A stretch of 64,000 nt of DNA from IMG/VR virus record IMGVR_UViG_3300020436_000010; one strand, written 5' to 3'. A program made the position numbers and the translations under genes. This document shows, in pieces, positions 1 to 9,286 of this stretch. The stretch comes from an uncultured virus (IMG/VR IMGVR_UViG_3300020436_000010). Taxonomy: Duplodnaviria; Heunggongvirae; Uroviricota; Caudoviricetes. How positions within the stretch are numbered: the stretch's first letter is position 1; each line of letters opens with the position of its first letter. The notes under the pieces were generated by a model. The model saw only the letters and a program-made list of their open reading frames with translations. It was not told where the DNA came from and made no database searches.

Positions 1-500
1 GGTACCTGAACTACCTCCAGAACCTGCTGAACCAGCGGACCCTGCCGAGCCTGCAGAACCTGCTGAACCAGCGGACCCTGCCGAGCCTGCAGAACCTGCA
101 CTGCCAGCGGACCCTGCCGAACCTGCACTACCTGCACTACCTGCTGAACCTGCCGAGCCTGCTGAACCAGCGGAGCCTGCCGAACCTGCACTGCCAGCGG
201 AGCCTGCCGAACCTGCACTGCCAGCGGAGCCTGCCGAACCTGCACTGCCAGCGGACCCTGCCGAACCTGCACTGCCAGCGGACCCTGCCGAACCAGATGA
301 ACCAAAAAACAATCCATCAGATCCATCAGTACCAGAAGATCCAGAAGAACCTGCATCACCTGAACTACCTGACGATCCAGTTGTGCCAGATGAGCCTGCT
401 GAACCTGCACTACCAGAGGTACCAGTTGTTCCTGAAGAACCACCAGATCCTGATGAACCTGCAGTTCCAGATGAACCTGAAGAACCTCCTGGACCAGCAT
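1..500. repeat. Coding tandem repeats (9-nt unit; about 4 near-identical 27-nt units CCTGCCGAACCTGCACTGCCAGCGGA[G/C] at ~176-293) encoding (GSA)n on the - strand
   Basis: Directly visible; much more GC-rich than the rest of the window. Confidence 0.9.
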
Positions 501-2415
501 CACCACTTCTAGCAAAAGATATCAATAAATCTAAGTTATTTGTAAAACCAGAACCTGCATTCGAAACTAAAGAACAATCTACTTCAAAATGTCCTATCTG
601 TGTAACCATTGAATTGATGACAAACAACATAAAATTACCAGGCACACCTCTTTGTGATATTTTAAAATGTCCTTTAATTGTATTTGTTGAATCATCAATT
701 GTTGATAGAAAATCAGTAATGTTAGATGAATCTTGATCTAATTGGTCAATGCTTAATTTTGTTACGTTTGCTGGTGTCGAATTATTTAATTTTAACTTGC
801 CAGCACCAGGGTCAGATACTACTGTGCTTGTAGAAAATTGATACTTAAATGTTACACCACCAAAATCACCATCTGCTCCAGATGTTCCTGATGATCCTGC
901 AGTGCCAGAAGAACCTCCAGATCCTGATGATCCTGCACTACCAGTTGAACCAGATGTTCCATGAGTACCTAAAAACGAACCATCAATACCGTCTGTACCA
1001 GATGATCCTGCTGAGCCTGCAGTACCAGATGAACCTGCACTGCCTGCGGACCCTGCTGAACCTGACGAACCTGCACTACCTGTTGAACCTGCACTACCTG
1101 TTGAACCAGCGGTGCCTGCTGAGCCTGCACTACCTGCTGAACCCGCAGTTCCTGAACTACCGCCTGAACCTGAAGATCCAGTTGTACCAGACGATCCTGC
1201 ACTACCTGCTGAACCTGTAGATCCTGCTGACCCAGTTGATCCTGCAGTTCCTGAACTACCACCTGAACCTGAAGATCCAGTTGTACCAGATGAACCTGCT
1301 GAACCTGCAGATCCTGCTGAACCAGATGTTTGACCTTCAAGTATAATAGATTTAAGAGTGACTTCTCCAGGATTATCACCAGGTACTAATGAAAGACCAT
1401 CACCTGATGTGACAGAAATTGATGTGACATTGGTGACAGAGTTACCTGAACCCCCTGTCTCATCTATTGTGAGAGGTGTTGATGCTTGACCAAATTCTAA
1501 ATGAGTACCGTTTGCGGTAACACGTAATACTTGACCAGTATTGCCAAGAGATGTATCTGTAATTTCTTTGTTTTCAAGTATTGAAAGTATTTGATTATTA
1601 GAAGTATCACGTATAGAAAAATCTGTACCAGTCGTGGCCGCAAATCCAAGAACTGCATTTTGAGTGCCAGTTCCAATAACCAAACTTTGAGTTTTATTAA
1701 CTCTCAGACTGTTTTTTATTATTACATTATTATTTTCATCTACATCAATAATATCAGTATTAAGACCAATTGTAATCGTACCTGAAGTTTGAGATACAGA
1801 AAAAATTGTTGTAGCATCAATTGAACGAAATTGCATAAAAGCAGTTTCACCATCTTGGCGCATTTGCTTAAATACTTGAACTGTGCCTGAACCTATATTT
1901 TCACCAAAAGATTCTTTACCGCCACCGCCACCACCTTGATATTCACCCCACCCAATAGAATTTACTTTTTGTGCGGTACTTGCTGATTGTTGTCCAACGT
2001 TTTTAAGAGTTTCTTTGATGCGTTTGATATCATCCTCAAGAGGTGCGATCTCTGCACTATCTCCTTGAAGACCCCTCTCCCCTTGAGGTCCTCTCTCACC
2101 TGGGTCTCCTTTTTCTCCCTGAGGTCCCATGAGACCTTGAACACCCATCTTACCATCAATACCTGACGGTCCGATCTCACCTCTCGCACCTTGAGGACCT
2201 GTCTCTCCACGTTCTCCACGTTCCCCTTTTGGTCCTCTCGCACCTTTAATCTCAAGAATCTTAATGCTTTGACCAGTCTCTGGATCAAGAACTTCTTTAA
2301 ATTCTTCGATTAATTCTCGCTTGGCTCTGCGAAATTCTTTTTGAGTGTATGCGAGAGAGGCGGCTAGAACTTTTTGTAATTCTAGATTCTCTGCATTATC
2401 CTTATCGTTGCTCAC
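1..2415 (-). CDS. Collagen-like / Gly-Ser-Ala repeat protein (putative fibre or head decoration), partial; runs off the left edge (>805 aa)
   Basis: Manual translation from GTG at 2415 (MSNDKDNAENLELQK...) stays open to base 1. It has 21 Gly-X-Y triplets (GARGPKGERGER...GLQGDS, 2056-2244), then GSA/GSS/GTT tracts separated by a globular domain. It is absent from the ORF track, probably because there is no stop codon in the window. Confidence 0.9.
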   Translation of the reverse strand, partial: MSNDKDNAENLELQKVLAASLAYTQKEFRRAKRELIEEFKEVLDPETGQSIKILEIKGARGPKGERGERGETGPQGARGEIGPSGIDGKMGVQGLMGPQGEKGDPGERGPQGERGLQGDSAEIAPLEDDIKRIKETLKNVGQQSASTAQKVNSIGWGEYQGGGGGGKESFGENIGSGTVQVFKQMRQDGETAFMQFRSIDATTIFSVSQTSGTITIGLNTDIIDVDENNNVIIKNSLRVNKTQSLVIGTGTQNAVLGFAATTGTDFSIRDTSNNQILSILENKEITDTSLGNTGQVLRVTANGTHLEFGQASTPLTIDETGGSGNSVTNVTSISVTSGDGLSLVPGDNPGEVTLKSIILEGQTSGSAGSAGSAGSSGTTGSSGSGGSSGTAGSTGSAGSTGSAGSAGSSGTTGSSGSGGSSGTAGSAGSAGSAGTAGSTGSAGSTGSAGSSGSAGSAGSAGSSGTAGSAGSSGTDGIDGSFLGTHGTSGSTGSAGSSGSGGSSGTAGSSGTSGADGDFGGVTFKYQFSTSTVVSDPGAGKLKLNNSTPANVTKLSIDQLDQDSSNITDFLSTIDDSTNTIKGHFKISQRGVPGNFMLFVINSMVTQIGHFEVDCSLVSNAGSGFTNNLDLLISFARSGDAGPGGSSGSSGTAGSSGSGGSSGTTGTSGSAGSAGSSGTTGSSGSSGDAGSSGSSGTDGSDGLFFGSSGSAGSAGSAGSAGSAGSAGSAGSAGSAGSAGSAGSAGSAGSAGSAGSAGSAGSAGSAGSAGSAGSAGSAGSAGSAGSAGSAGSAGSAGSAGSGGSSGT
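870..1330. repeat. Second Gly-Ser-X coding repeat tract
   Basis: Repeated cctgctgaa/cctgcacta/gatcctg units; - strand reads GSAGSAGSSGTTGSSGSGG... Confidence 0.85.
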
Positions 2416-2420
2416 TTATA

Positions 2421-4175
2421 CTATTTCCGTACCGAGTTAAATACATCGTTGAGAGTATCTTTAAGTTCATCATCATCATCTTCTAAAATAGAATTAAAAA
2501 CATCTGTGACTGAATCTTTCAATTCTTTATCCTTTTTCGCCAATTCAAACTTTTCGTCTATCTTTTTATCTATGTCTTCTAAAATTACCTCTTTTTCATT
2601 ATCTTGTTCTACTTCATTAAATAATGGTGCTCCACCACCTCCTCCACCTGCTTGATCATCTCTATTGTACCTAGGATCATCTAATTCAGTAGAGATGGCA
2701 TCATCGATCTCTCTTATTTGATCATCAGTTTGTCTCAATACGTGCTTGCGTATAAAATCATGTGAATAATATTTACCAGCATAGTCTGAAAGATCTCTTA
2801 ATAAATTCATTCTATCTTGCATAAGTTCTGCATTTTTAACTTCAGCAAAATGACTATCATTTTCATAAACATAATAAATTTCAGTTCTTATTTTTTTAAA
2901 ATCTTCTCTTGATAAAACACCTTTTAAAGTCAATTGTCTTTCTAGGCATTCGTTGAACAATTCACTAAAAGCGGTTTGTAATTTATTGACAAAACGTGTA
3001 AATTTTACCTCATCTCTTGATATTTCTGTTGCTCTACCTATGGTATAATTTGCTTCTGATTCTAATCTTGAGATAGGAACGTTTAATGCTTTGTAAAGTT
3101 TTTTCTGAAAATATAGTATGTCTTCTATATCACCAAGATTTTGTCCGCCAGGTAAAGTTGAAATTTCTGTTCCTCTTCCACCCTCTCTTCTCGGTAACCA
3201 ATAATCTTCTAGCATTGACATGTGTTTTCTATCATCTCGAATCTCACCAGTATTTGCATCATAAACTAATTTGTTACGATACTTGGTCATTAAATCTCTA
3301 AGATATTGCTCTGCTTTTAACTTTGGAAGATTTCCGACATCAATATAAAAAATTCTTCTTTCTGGGGCTCTTGAAATACGATAGATCACAAGGGCATCTT
3401 CTAACATTCTCAATTGATTGAGAGGTTTTATTGCCTTATGAAGATATGACAATATCATACTTCTTTTACTGTTCAATAGACCTGAATGTGTATATACAAT
3501 AGCATCTGGAGATATTCTTATTCCTGAGGCGGCTTGTCCAAATGTTGTCGAATAACCCTGACCTTGACCTTTATACAAACCTTTTTCATTATAAACAAAA
3601 TATTCTCTTGTCTCTTTTTCTGTCGTGCCATAAGGTGTTTTGCGAGGATCTCCTGCTTTGGCTTTAGACTCTCTTACTTTTCTTATTTTTCTAGGATCTA
3701 AAACTTTTAAATCTTGTATTCCTCTTTTGGGTTGTTTTTCGTCTATTACGACATGATAATAACATCTGCCATCTATGTACCATCTTTTGAAAATATCAAT
3801 ACCTTTTTTGTTAAAATCAAGGAGTCTTATGACCTCTTTATATTCTGATTTTATTTTTTCTTTTATATTGTCTGAGATATTGATATTATCTAAATTAATT
3901 CTTACAGGAGGAACTTCATGTGATGTAACGATTGCTTCATTAACAATATCATCTACGGCGGCTTCAACCTCTGCTTGTAGTGCCATATCACGATATCTAT
4001 TAACTAACTCAAATTCTGTTTTGATTGTTGCATCTGTATCTAAATATGTTCCATAAACACCGCCTGATGACACAGGCAATGCACCATCTTCATATTCAGG
4101 TTTTGCAAATGCTTGTAATGTTTTGGTGGGTTCTTGTTTTCGACCTATAGTAAAGCCAAACAAATCAATAGGCAT
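2421..4175 (-). CDS. gp20: Portal protein (T4 gp20-like)
   Basis: Motifs IYRISRAPERRIFYIDVGNLPK, EDYWLPRREGGRGTEISTLPGGQNLG; synteny with 19-18-17. Confidence 0.98.
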   Translation of the reverse strand: MPIDLFGFTIGRKQEPTKTLQAFAKPEYEDGALPVSSGGVYGTYLDTDATIKTEFELVNRYRDMALQAEVEAAVDDIVNEAIVTSHEVPPVRINLDNINISDNIKEKIKSEYKEVIRLLDFNKKGIDIFKRWYIDGRCYYHVVIDEKQPKRGIQDLKVLDPRKIRKVRESKAKAGDPRKTPYGTTEKETREYFVYNEKGLYKGQGQGYSTTFGQAASGIRISPDAIVYTHSGLLNSKRSMILSYLHKAIKPLNQLRMLEDALVIYRISRAPERRIFYIDVGNLPKLKAEQYLRDLMTKYRNKLVYDANTGEIRDDRKHMSMLEDYWLPRREGGRGTEISTLPGGQNLGDIEDILYFQKKLYKALNVPISRLESEANYTIGRATEISRDEVKFTRFVNKLQTAFSELFNECLERQLTLKGVLSREDFKKIRTEIYYVYENDSHFAEVKNAELMQDRMNLLRDLSDYAGKYYSHDFIRKHVLRQTDDQIREIDDAISTELDDPRYNRDDQAGGGGGGAPLFNEVEQDNEKEVILEDIDKKIDEKFELAKKDKELKDSVTDVFNSILEDDDDELKDTLNDVFNSVRK

Positions 4176-4185
4176 AATAAGTTCC

Positions 4186-4238
4186 TTTGTGGGTGATATA
4201 AAAAACTTTTACGTTCTTTATATTTATTCACCCACAAA
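4186..4238 (-). promoter_or_regulatory. Inverted repeat/hairpin enclosing a late promoter-like AATAAATA (4221-4228) and abutting the gp20 RBS
   Basis: TTTGTGGGTGA (4186-4196) and TCACCCACAAA (4228-4238) form a perfect 11-bp inverted repeat. Confidence 0.6.
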
Positions 4239-4252
4239 TTCAGAAAATCAAA

Positions 4253-4825
4253 TTATATTACTACGGAACTTGTTGCATCAGTTGCTGGCGATCCTGAACT
4301 CGTTGCAGTCCAATAATCGTATGCAAATGTGCATGTAAATTCTTCAATAGAATCGTTATCACCCCAATCGAGAGTAATTTCTGACAAATCTATTGGAAAT
4401 ATTTTTTGAAATGAATAAGTTCTAAGAACTTGAGTACCGCTTTTTTTGCTCAATTGTTGAACGGTAGCAGTACCGTAGTATCCATTTACTGCGCCAGAAG
4501 TATTTCTAAGATTAGATTCATGTCTGTTAATATTTTCCATCCAGTCTTCTAATCTACCTCTAACCTTGAAGTTTTCATCGTTAATTACTGTTACAGTCCA
4601 ATCAGCAAATGTTCTATTACCTGCGAATTTTACCTCACGACCAAAATAAGGAACAGTAACCGCTCCTATAGTGGTACCAGGTATTGATGTTGCTCTAATA
4701 AAAAAAGCATCATCACCATCTACTGAAAAATATGGTGATGTTCCATTAAGAGTGACCTTAAATAAATTAGGTCTTGCTCCATCACCAGTCATTTTGTCTT
4801 TGAATGTTGATACGTTAAATGCCAT
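4253..4825 (-). CDS. gp19: Tail tube protein (gp19)
   Basis: GARPNLF, GREVKFAGNRTFADWTVTVINDENF, IEEFTCTFAYDYW. Confidence 0.97.
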   Translation of the reverse strand: MAFNVSTFKDKMTGDGARPNLFKVTLNGTSPYFSVDGDDAFFIRATSIPGTTIGAVTVPYFGREVKFAGNRTFADWTVTVINDENFKVRGRLEDWMENINRHESNLRNTSGAVNGYYGTATVQQLSKKSGTQVLRTYSFQKIFPIDLSEITLDWGDNDSIEEFTCTFAYDYWTATSSGSPATDATSSVVI

Positions 4826-4835
4826 TTAAAACTCC

Positions 4836-7154
4836 TTATATTGCATTGACTACTTCGGAAAATTCCACACCAGATGCAACTGCAACAAAGTTGAGACTGA
4901 TGAAATTAATCGATCTATTAGGTTTAATAAAGATATCACCTCTGAATTCATTTCTATCTATGACTGATGGTGGATTATTAGTACCGTCACAAACCACTTT
5001 AAAGTCTATGATACCTCTTCTTGATCTTACATCTCTCAAGAATGGTTCAATGATTGAAACAAATTGGGCTCTTGTAAAATCATCATTAAATTCAAACAAG
5101 GAGAATCGAGCGGCATTAGCAATTGCTTTTTCAAGAATGATAAACAATCTACGTACATTAATTCTATCGAAAGCAGATGGTTTTGCTAACAGTGTTTTGT
5201 CTCCAAACAAAACTGTACCTTGTCCAGGAAAAGATACGACTGGGTTAATACCCTTTACATATAAATCATCTCTATTTGTTCTCGTAGGATCGAATGCCAA
5301 CTTAGTAACATTTTTAATATTACCTCTGTTAAATCCTGCAGGAGAAATAAATGGATTTACATTATCTGAGGCGGCACACAAACCTGCTATATCTCCATTT
5401 AATGGTACATATCTAAACACACCATTAAATCTATCAAGCATATATTTGTAATTACCATCCATAACACCATAACTTGAACTTGGAAGTCCGTTTCTTCTAT
5501 CAACAATATTTGTAACTTCTGATCCTGTCTGATTTACAACATCACCACTCTCAGGTGAGATAAATGCCACACAATCTTTTCTACTTTCAGCAATTTCTTG
5601 AATGAGAAATGTCGCTAATGTATTAGATGCTTCTCCAGATAGTAAAAATGAAACATCTACTTTATTTGGATCTTCAAATTCTTTCCATCCAATAATAAAA
5701 TCAGCATCGGATACGTTAAAACCGTTATTACCTCCAGTAAAACTTTCGGTAACAATACCATTTGCTTGAGTTAATGCACCAAATGTTCCCCTAAAAGAAT
5801 TGTTTGCGGCGGTATTAGATGCGCCTAAATCATTTCCCCAATTCAAACATATAGTGTTATCTCCGCTTTCGGCTGTTCGTGTTACTGCATCGCCTTCTCC
5901 AGCATGATCTCCCCATCTAATATATTCAGAGTGATCATTCACATAATCTTTATAGAAAATGCTTTCACCTGTAGATGAGATAGCACCATTTGCGACCGAT
6001 AGTGCTGGATATATTTCTAAAACAGATTTATTCACAACTCTATTAGCACCTCTAACATCTTTAGTTCCACTCCAATCACCATCTTCATCAACCAATATAA
6101 TATGAATTTCGTCATTTACATTTCTAGAACCAGAAGTTTTATGTGCATAATCACTTGTGAGAGGTTCTTTTTCGAAATCACTTCTATATTCCCATTCTCT
6201 TTTATACGTTTTATTCGCAAACGTTAAAGTAAATGTTTCATCCACAGATGCAGAAGTATCAGATGAAATTTCAGTAATTCTTCTTCTAATATCACCTGTA
6301 CCATCGTTAAAAGTAACAATATCTCCAACATGAAGTTGTAGTTGAAAACGTGTATTTGTTCCTGACAAAGTTTTTGTACCGGCAGATCCACCGACAACTC
6401 CCATCATATTTCTACTTGGTTCTTCAAATGCAGACCTTTTCAATCTTGTGATATTAATGGTAGATCCAGTTGTCATAGAACTTGCATCGTTTTGAGTAGC
6501 AGTAAAGTGAGAACTATTTGTAACCGCCGTTACTACTGCAAACTCACTTGTTGTTTGGTTAAAAACAACATCGCCAATTTCTAATTCACCATCGACTCTT
6601 CCAGCAGATGCGGTTGTTGCAGAAACAGTTCCATCAGATGCAACCGTAAATGTACCTGTTAATTGAATATCGGTATTCGATGAAAGCGAAACTATATTGT
6701 CTTGCACTTGTGTATTTGCTCTTGTTGCTACACATATAGATGTTTTAAAAGAATTGCCTAAATCACCAGCATGTTTTGCAATCCATGTTCTTCCGCTTGT
6801 TCCTGTACCAGATAATGATGCCGTATTTTGATACTCTGCATCATTTCTTACGAGAACTGCATTACCATTTGATACTGCATTGTTTGCTTCACCAGTATTT
6901 GCAGTTCTAACTACTCTAAGAGTGTTTGCATACGTCAAAAAGTTTGCACCTGCAATCCAGTTTTCAAAATTGTTTGCAGTGGGTTTGCCAAAATTTTCTA
7001 CCAAGGTATCTTCAGAAGAAACAGTAACAATTTCGTGTATAGGACCCCATTTTGATATCATACACATTGCGGCTTGCGAAAGTGATGGAATAGGTACTCT
7101 AGTTGTTAAGTCTATTTCTGCCGTTGCTACACCTGGGCTTACTTGAAATGCCAT
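4836..7154 (-). CDS. gp18: Tail sheath protein (gp18) with inserted domains
   Basis: SPGV..EID N-terminus; FISPAGFNRG, LFGDKT, AFDRINVRRLF, FEFND. Confidence 0.98.
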   Translation of the reverse strand: MAFQVSPGVATAEIDLTTRVPIPSLSQAAMCMISKWGPIHEIVTVSSEDTLVENFGKPTANNFENWIAGANFLTYANTLRVVRTANTGEANNAVSNGNAVLVRNDAEYQNTASLSGTGTSGRTWIAKHAGDLGNSFKTSICVATRANTQVQDNIVSLSSNTDIQLTGTFTVASDGTVSATTASAGRVDGELEIGDVVFNQTTSEFAVVTAVTNSSHFTATQNDASSMTTGSTINITRLKRSAFEEPSRNMMGVVGGSAGTKTLSGTNTRFQLQLHVGDIVTFNDGTGDIRRRITEISSDTSASVDETFTLTFANKTYKREWEYRSDFEKEPLTSDYAHKTSGSRNVNDEIHIILVDEDGDWSGTKDVRGANRVVNKSVLEIYPALSVANGAISSTGESIFYKDYVNDHSEYIRWGDHAGEGDAVTRTAESGDNTICLNWGNDLGASNTAANNSFRGTFGALTQANGIVTESFTGGNNGFNVSDADFIIGWKEFEDPNKVDVSFLLSGEASNTLATFLIQEIAESRKDCVAFISPESGDVVNQTGSEVTNIVDRRNGLPSSSYGVMDGNYKYMLDRFNGVFRYVPLNGDIAGLCAASDNVNPFISPAGFNRGNIKNVTKLAFDPTRTNRDDLYVKGINPVVSFPGQGTVLFGDKTLLAKPSAFDRINVRRLFIILEKAIANAARFSLFEFNDDFTRAQFVSIIEPFLRDVRSRRGIIDFKVVCDGTNNPPSVIDRNEFRGDIFIKPNRSINFISLNFVAVASGVEFSEVVNAI

Positions 7155-7234
7155 GTTTTTCTCCTGTGATTGGTGTAATTGGTATTAACTATTTATTTTT
7201 TTGCGAATTTTAGTGTGATTTTTATTTATTGAAA

Positions 7235-7242
7235 TATAAATA
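7235..7242 (+). promoter_or_regulatory. T4-type late promoter TATAAATA
   Basis: Exact consensus, 5 nt before the HNH ATG. Confidence 0.7.
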
Positions 7243-7247
7243 TAATC

Positions 7248-7667
7248 ATGAATAAAGCGATTGAAAGATTTGAGAAAAAAATTATTAAGACTGGTGACTG
7301 TTGGTTTTGGACTGCTAGTAAAACAAAACAAGGTTATGGTATGTTTTCTTATGAGGGTAAGTCAATACCTGCACATAGATTTGCATATCTTGCTTATAAA
7401 GGTGAAATAGGTGATAAGATCGTACATCAACAATGCAACAATACTTATTGTGTCAATCCTGAACATCTCTATCTTACTACTAAAAGTGAGACCAGAGGCA
7501 AGTTTTATGTTTTAAGAATTAATCAAGAAATGATCTTTAAGGAATCAATAAGATACCTTGAGAAACTTTGTAAGTTAAGACCTGACTTGTGTAAGCAAGT
7601 AGAAAAGTTGATAACGGAGATTAAAGATGCAAGTAAAATACATAGAATTAATGAAGATAGTCTGTAG
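7248..7667 (+). CDS. HNH-family (HNH_3-like) homing endonuclease-like protein, possibly degenerate
   Basis: CWFWT..GYGMF..AHRFAY..HQQCNNTYCVNPEHL motif; antisense between gp18 and gp17. Confidence 0.85.
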   Translation: MNKAIERFEKKIIKTGDCWFWTASKTKQGYGMFSYEGKSIPAHRFAYLAYKGEIGDKIVHQQCNNTYCVNPEHLYLTTKSETRGKFYVLRINQEMIFKESIRYLEKLCKLRPDLCKQVEKLITEIKDASKIHRINEDSL

Positions 7668-9285
7668 AAAATCGTTTATCGATTATCCAGTTTTCGCCTC
7701 CCATCTTTTCATAATTTGGCTCTTCAAAATTTCCATCAAGAAATCCAAATGGCATAACGCTTTCTTCTAATTGTGCTAATTGCTCTGCCTCAAGTTTTTC
7801 TCGTAGATCATTATCAGTGACTTCTTTATAATATCGTTGCTCAATCATCCATCCAAATAATACAAGTGTCATCACAAGGTCATCATGACAACCCTCTTCT
7901 GCTTGATATGATTGACCATGAGCAACAAACGTTGTCAATTCACTTATTGTATCTAAATCGTGAATAATTAGTTTATCACTTTCAATAAGATCTTTTAGAT
8001 TGGAGCAACCTTTGCGTTTGACTTCTTTTGTTGTTCTGACACCAATCTGTGTGCCACCACCAAATCCTCCACCAAGTGTCTGTCCTGCACGTCCATTGAT
8101 TGTAGCATGAAATATATTTTCATACTCTAAATCATAATGAAGTATATCACCTACCTGACCTCCTATATCATTTGTTTCAACAAGAATAAATGCATTGTTG
8201 TAATATTTTGCAATATTCTGTACGATTGTAGGAAGCACCATTGGTGATACATTAGGATCTCTATACTTTGCAACTTGTATGTTAGGATATCGTGTGGTGT
8301 CTATGACAGACACGGCAGAATAATCTAGCCCTCTACCTCGTGCAACATCAACAATGCAAACATACGAATGACTAGGATCTACATCCTCATAGATGTCAAG
8401 ACTGTCTCGTTTTTGTATTGGTGCTTTATATGCAAGCATTCTCAATTTTGTTGCGGTGATAAGTGTATGTTGAGAACCGATAAACTCACAATCATATTCT
8501 TGAGCAAACTGAACTTCGCTCGTATTACGAATTGTCTCTTCTTTCCATGCTTCATCTCTACCAGGAACTTGTGACCAATGAATGTCAATAGGTATGTAAT
8601 CACTGCGTCCTTCTTCTGCATCTACCCATAATTTATAGAACATATTCAATCCTTTTGGTGTAGATACTATGAATACTTTTGTAGTCTTACCAGAAGAGAT
8701 TGTAGGATATACAGATGTAAAGAACTGATCAGCAAGAGATGGTGGATCAATATGAGCAAACTCATCGAGAAAAATGATGTTAAAAGAACTACCACGAACG
8801 GCAGAAGACGATGTTGAGGCGGCAATTATCTTACTGCCATTCTCTAATTCTATGCTACCCTTGTTCCATACAAGCACTCCTTGTTGCAACCACTTTGGTA
8901 GATTTTCATATGCAGTTTGTAGTCTTTGCAAAATATCACGAGCAGTAGAACCTTTATTTGCGAGAATAGCAATATTGACTTGCTCGTTAAAAATAGCGTA
9001 ATGAAGAAGATAACTAATGATTGTCGTAGTCTTACCAGTTTGTCTCGGCATCTTACAAATGACAAAACGATTATCATGAAACTTCTGTATCATGTCTTCT
9101 TGATAATCATACATGTCAAAATTCATAAGACCATGATCTACATGAACGATCTTGACAAACTCATTACAAAAATAAGTAGGATCGTCTTTACATTTTAGAT
9201 ATTGTTGTAGCGTTTCCTCATCATACTCCATTGCCACATTGGCGGCTTTGAGTAGAGGATTACCTAAGTATATTTCACCTGCCAT
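7648..9285 (-). CDS. gp17: Terminase large subunit (gp17)
   Basis: Walker A MPRQTGKTT, Walker B IIFLDEFAH, nuclease VDVARG.GLDYS and HDDLVM. Confidence 0.98.
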   Translation of the reverse strand: MAGEIYLGNPLLKAANVAMEYDEETLQQYLKCKDDPTYFCNEFVKIVHVDHGLMNFDMYDYQEDMIQKFHDNRFVICKMPRQTGKTTTIISYLLHYAIFNEQVNIAILANKGSTARDILQRLQTAYENLPKWLQQGVLVWNKGSIELENGSKIIAASTSSSAVRGSSFNIIFLDEFAHIDPPSLADQFFTSVYPTISSGKTTKVFIVSTPKGLNMFYKLWVDAEEGRSDYIPIDIHWSQVPGRDEAWKEETIRNTSEVQFAQEYDCEFIGSQHTLITATKLRMLAYKAPIQKRDSLDIYEDVDPSHSYVCIVDVARGRGLDYSAVSVIDTTRYPNIQVAKYRDPNVSPMVLPTIVQNIAKYYNNAFILVETNDIGGQVGDILHYDLEYENIFHATINGRAGQTLGGGFGGGTQIGVRTTKEVKRKGCSNLKDLIESDKLIIHDLDTISELTTFVAHGQSYQAEEGCHDDLVMTLVLFGWMIEQRYYKEVTDNDLREKLEAEQLAQLEESVMPFGFLDGNFEEPNYEKMGGENWIIDKRFSTDYLH

Positions 9286-9286
9286 A

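Noticed and set aside
1..300. CRISPR-like or DGR-like repeat array
   Set aside because: Contiguous codon-phase repeats with no unique spacers; no cas or reverse transcriptase gene in the window
297..1379. Pro/Glu-, Gln/Val- and His/Leu-rich short ORFs in the track
   Set aside because: Antisense or off-frame shadows of the Gly-Ser-Ala repeat gene
1962..2288. 108-aa - strand ORF
   Set aside because: Alternative frame of the collagen segment of the 2415-start ORF
4819..5451. Antisense ORFs of about 180-220 aa (also 25158-25763, 35233-35769, 49931-50599)
   Set aside because: They lie opposite well-supported genes and are explained by codon bias
7648..9285. Intein or intron in the terminase or portal
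   Set aside because: Lengths and motif spacing are normal; no splicing motifs seen
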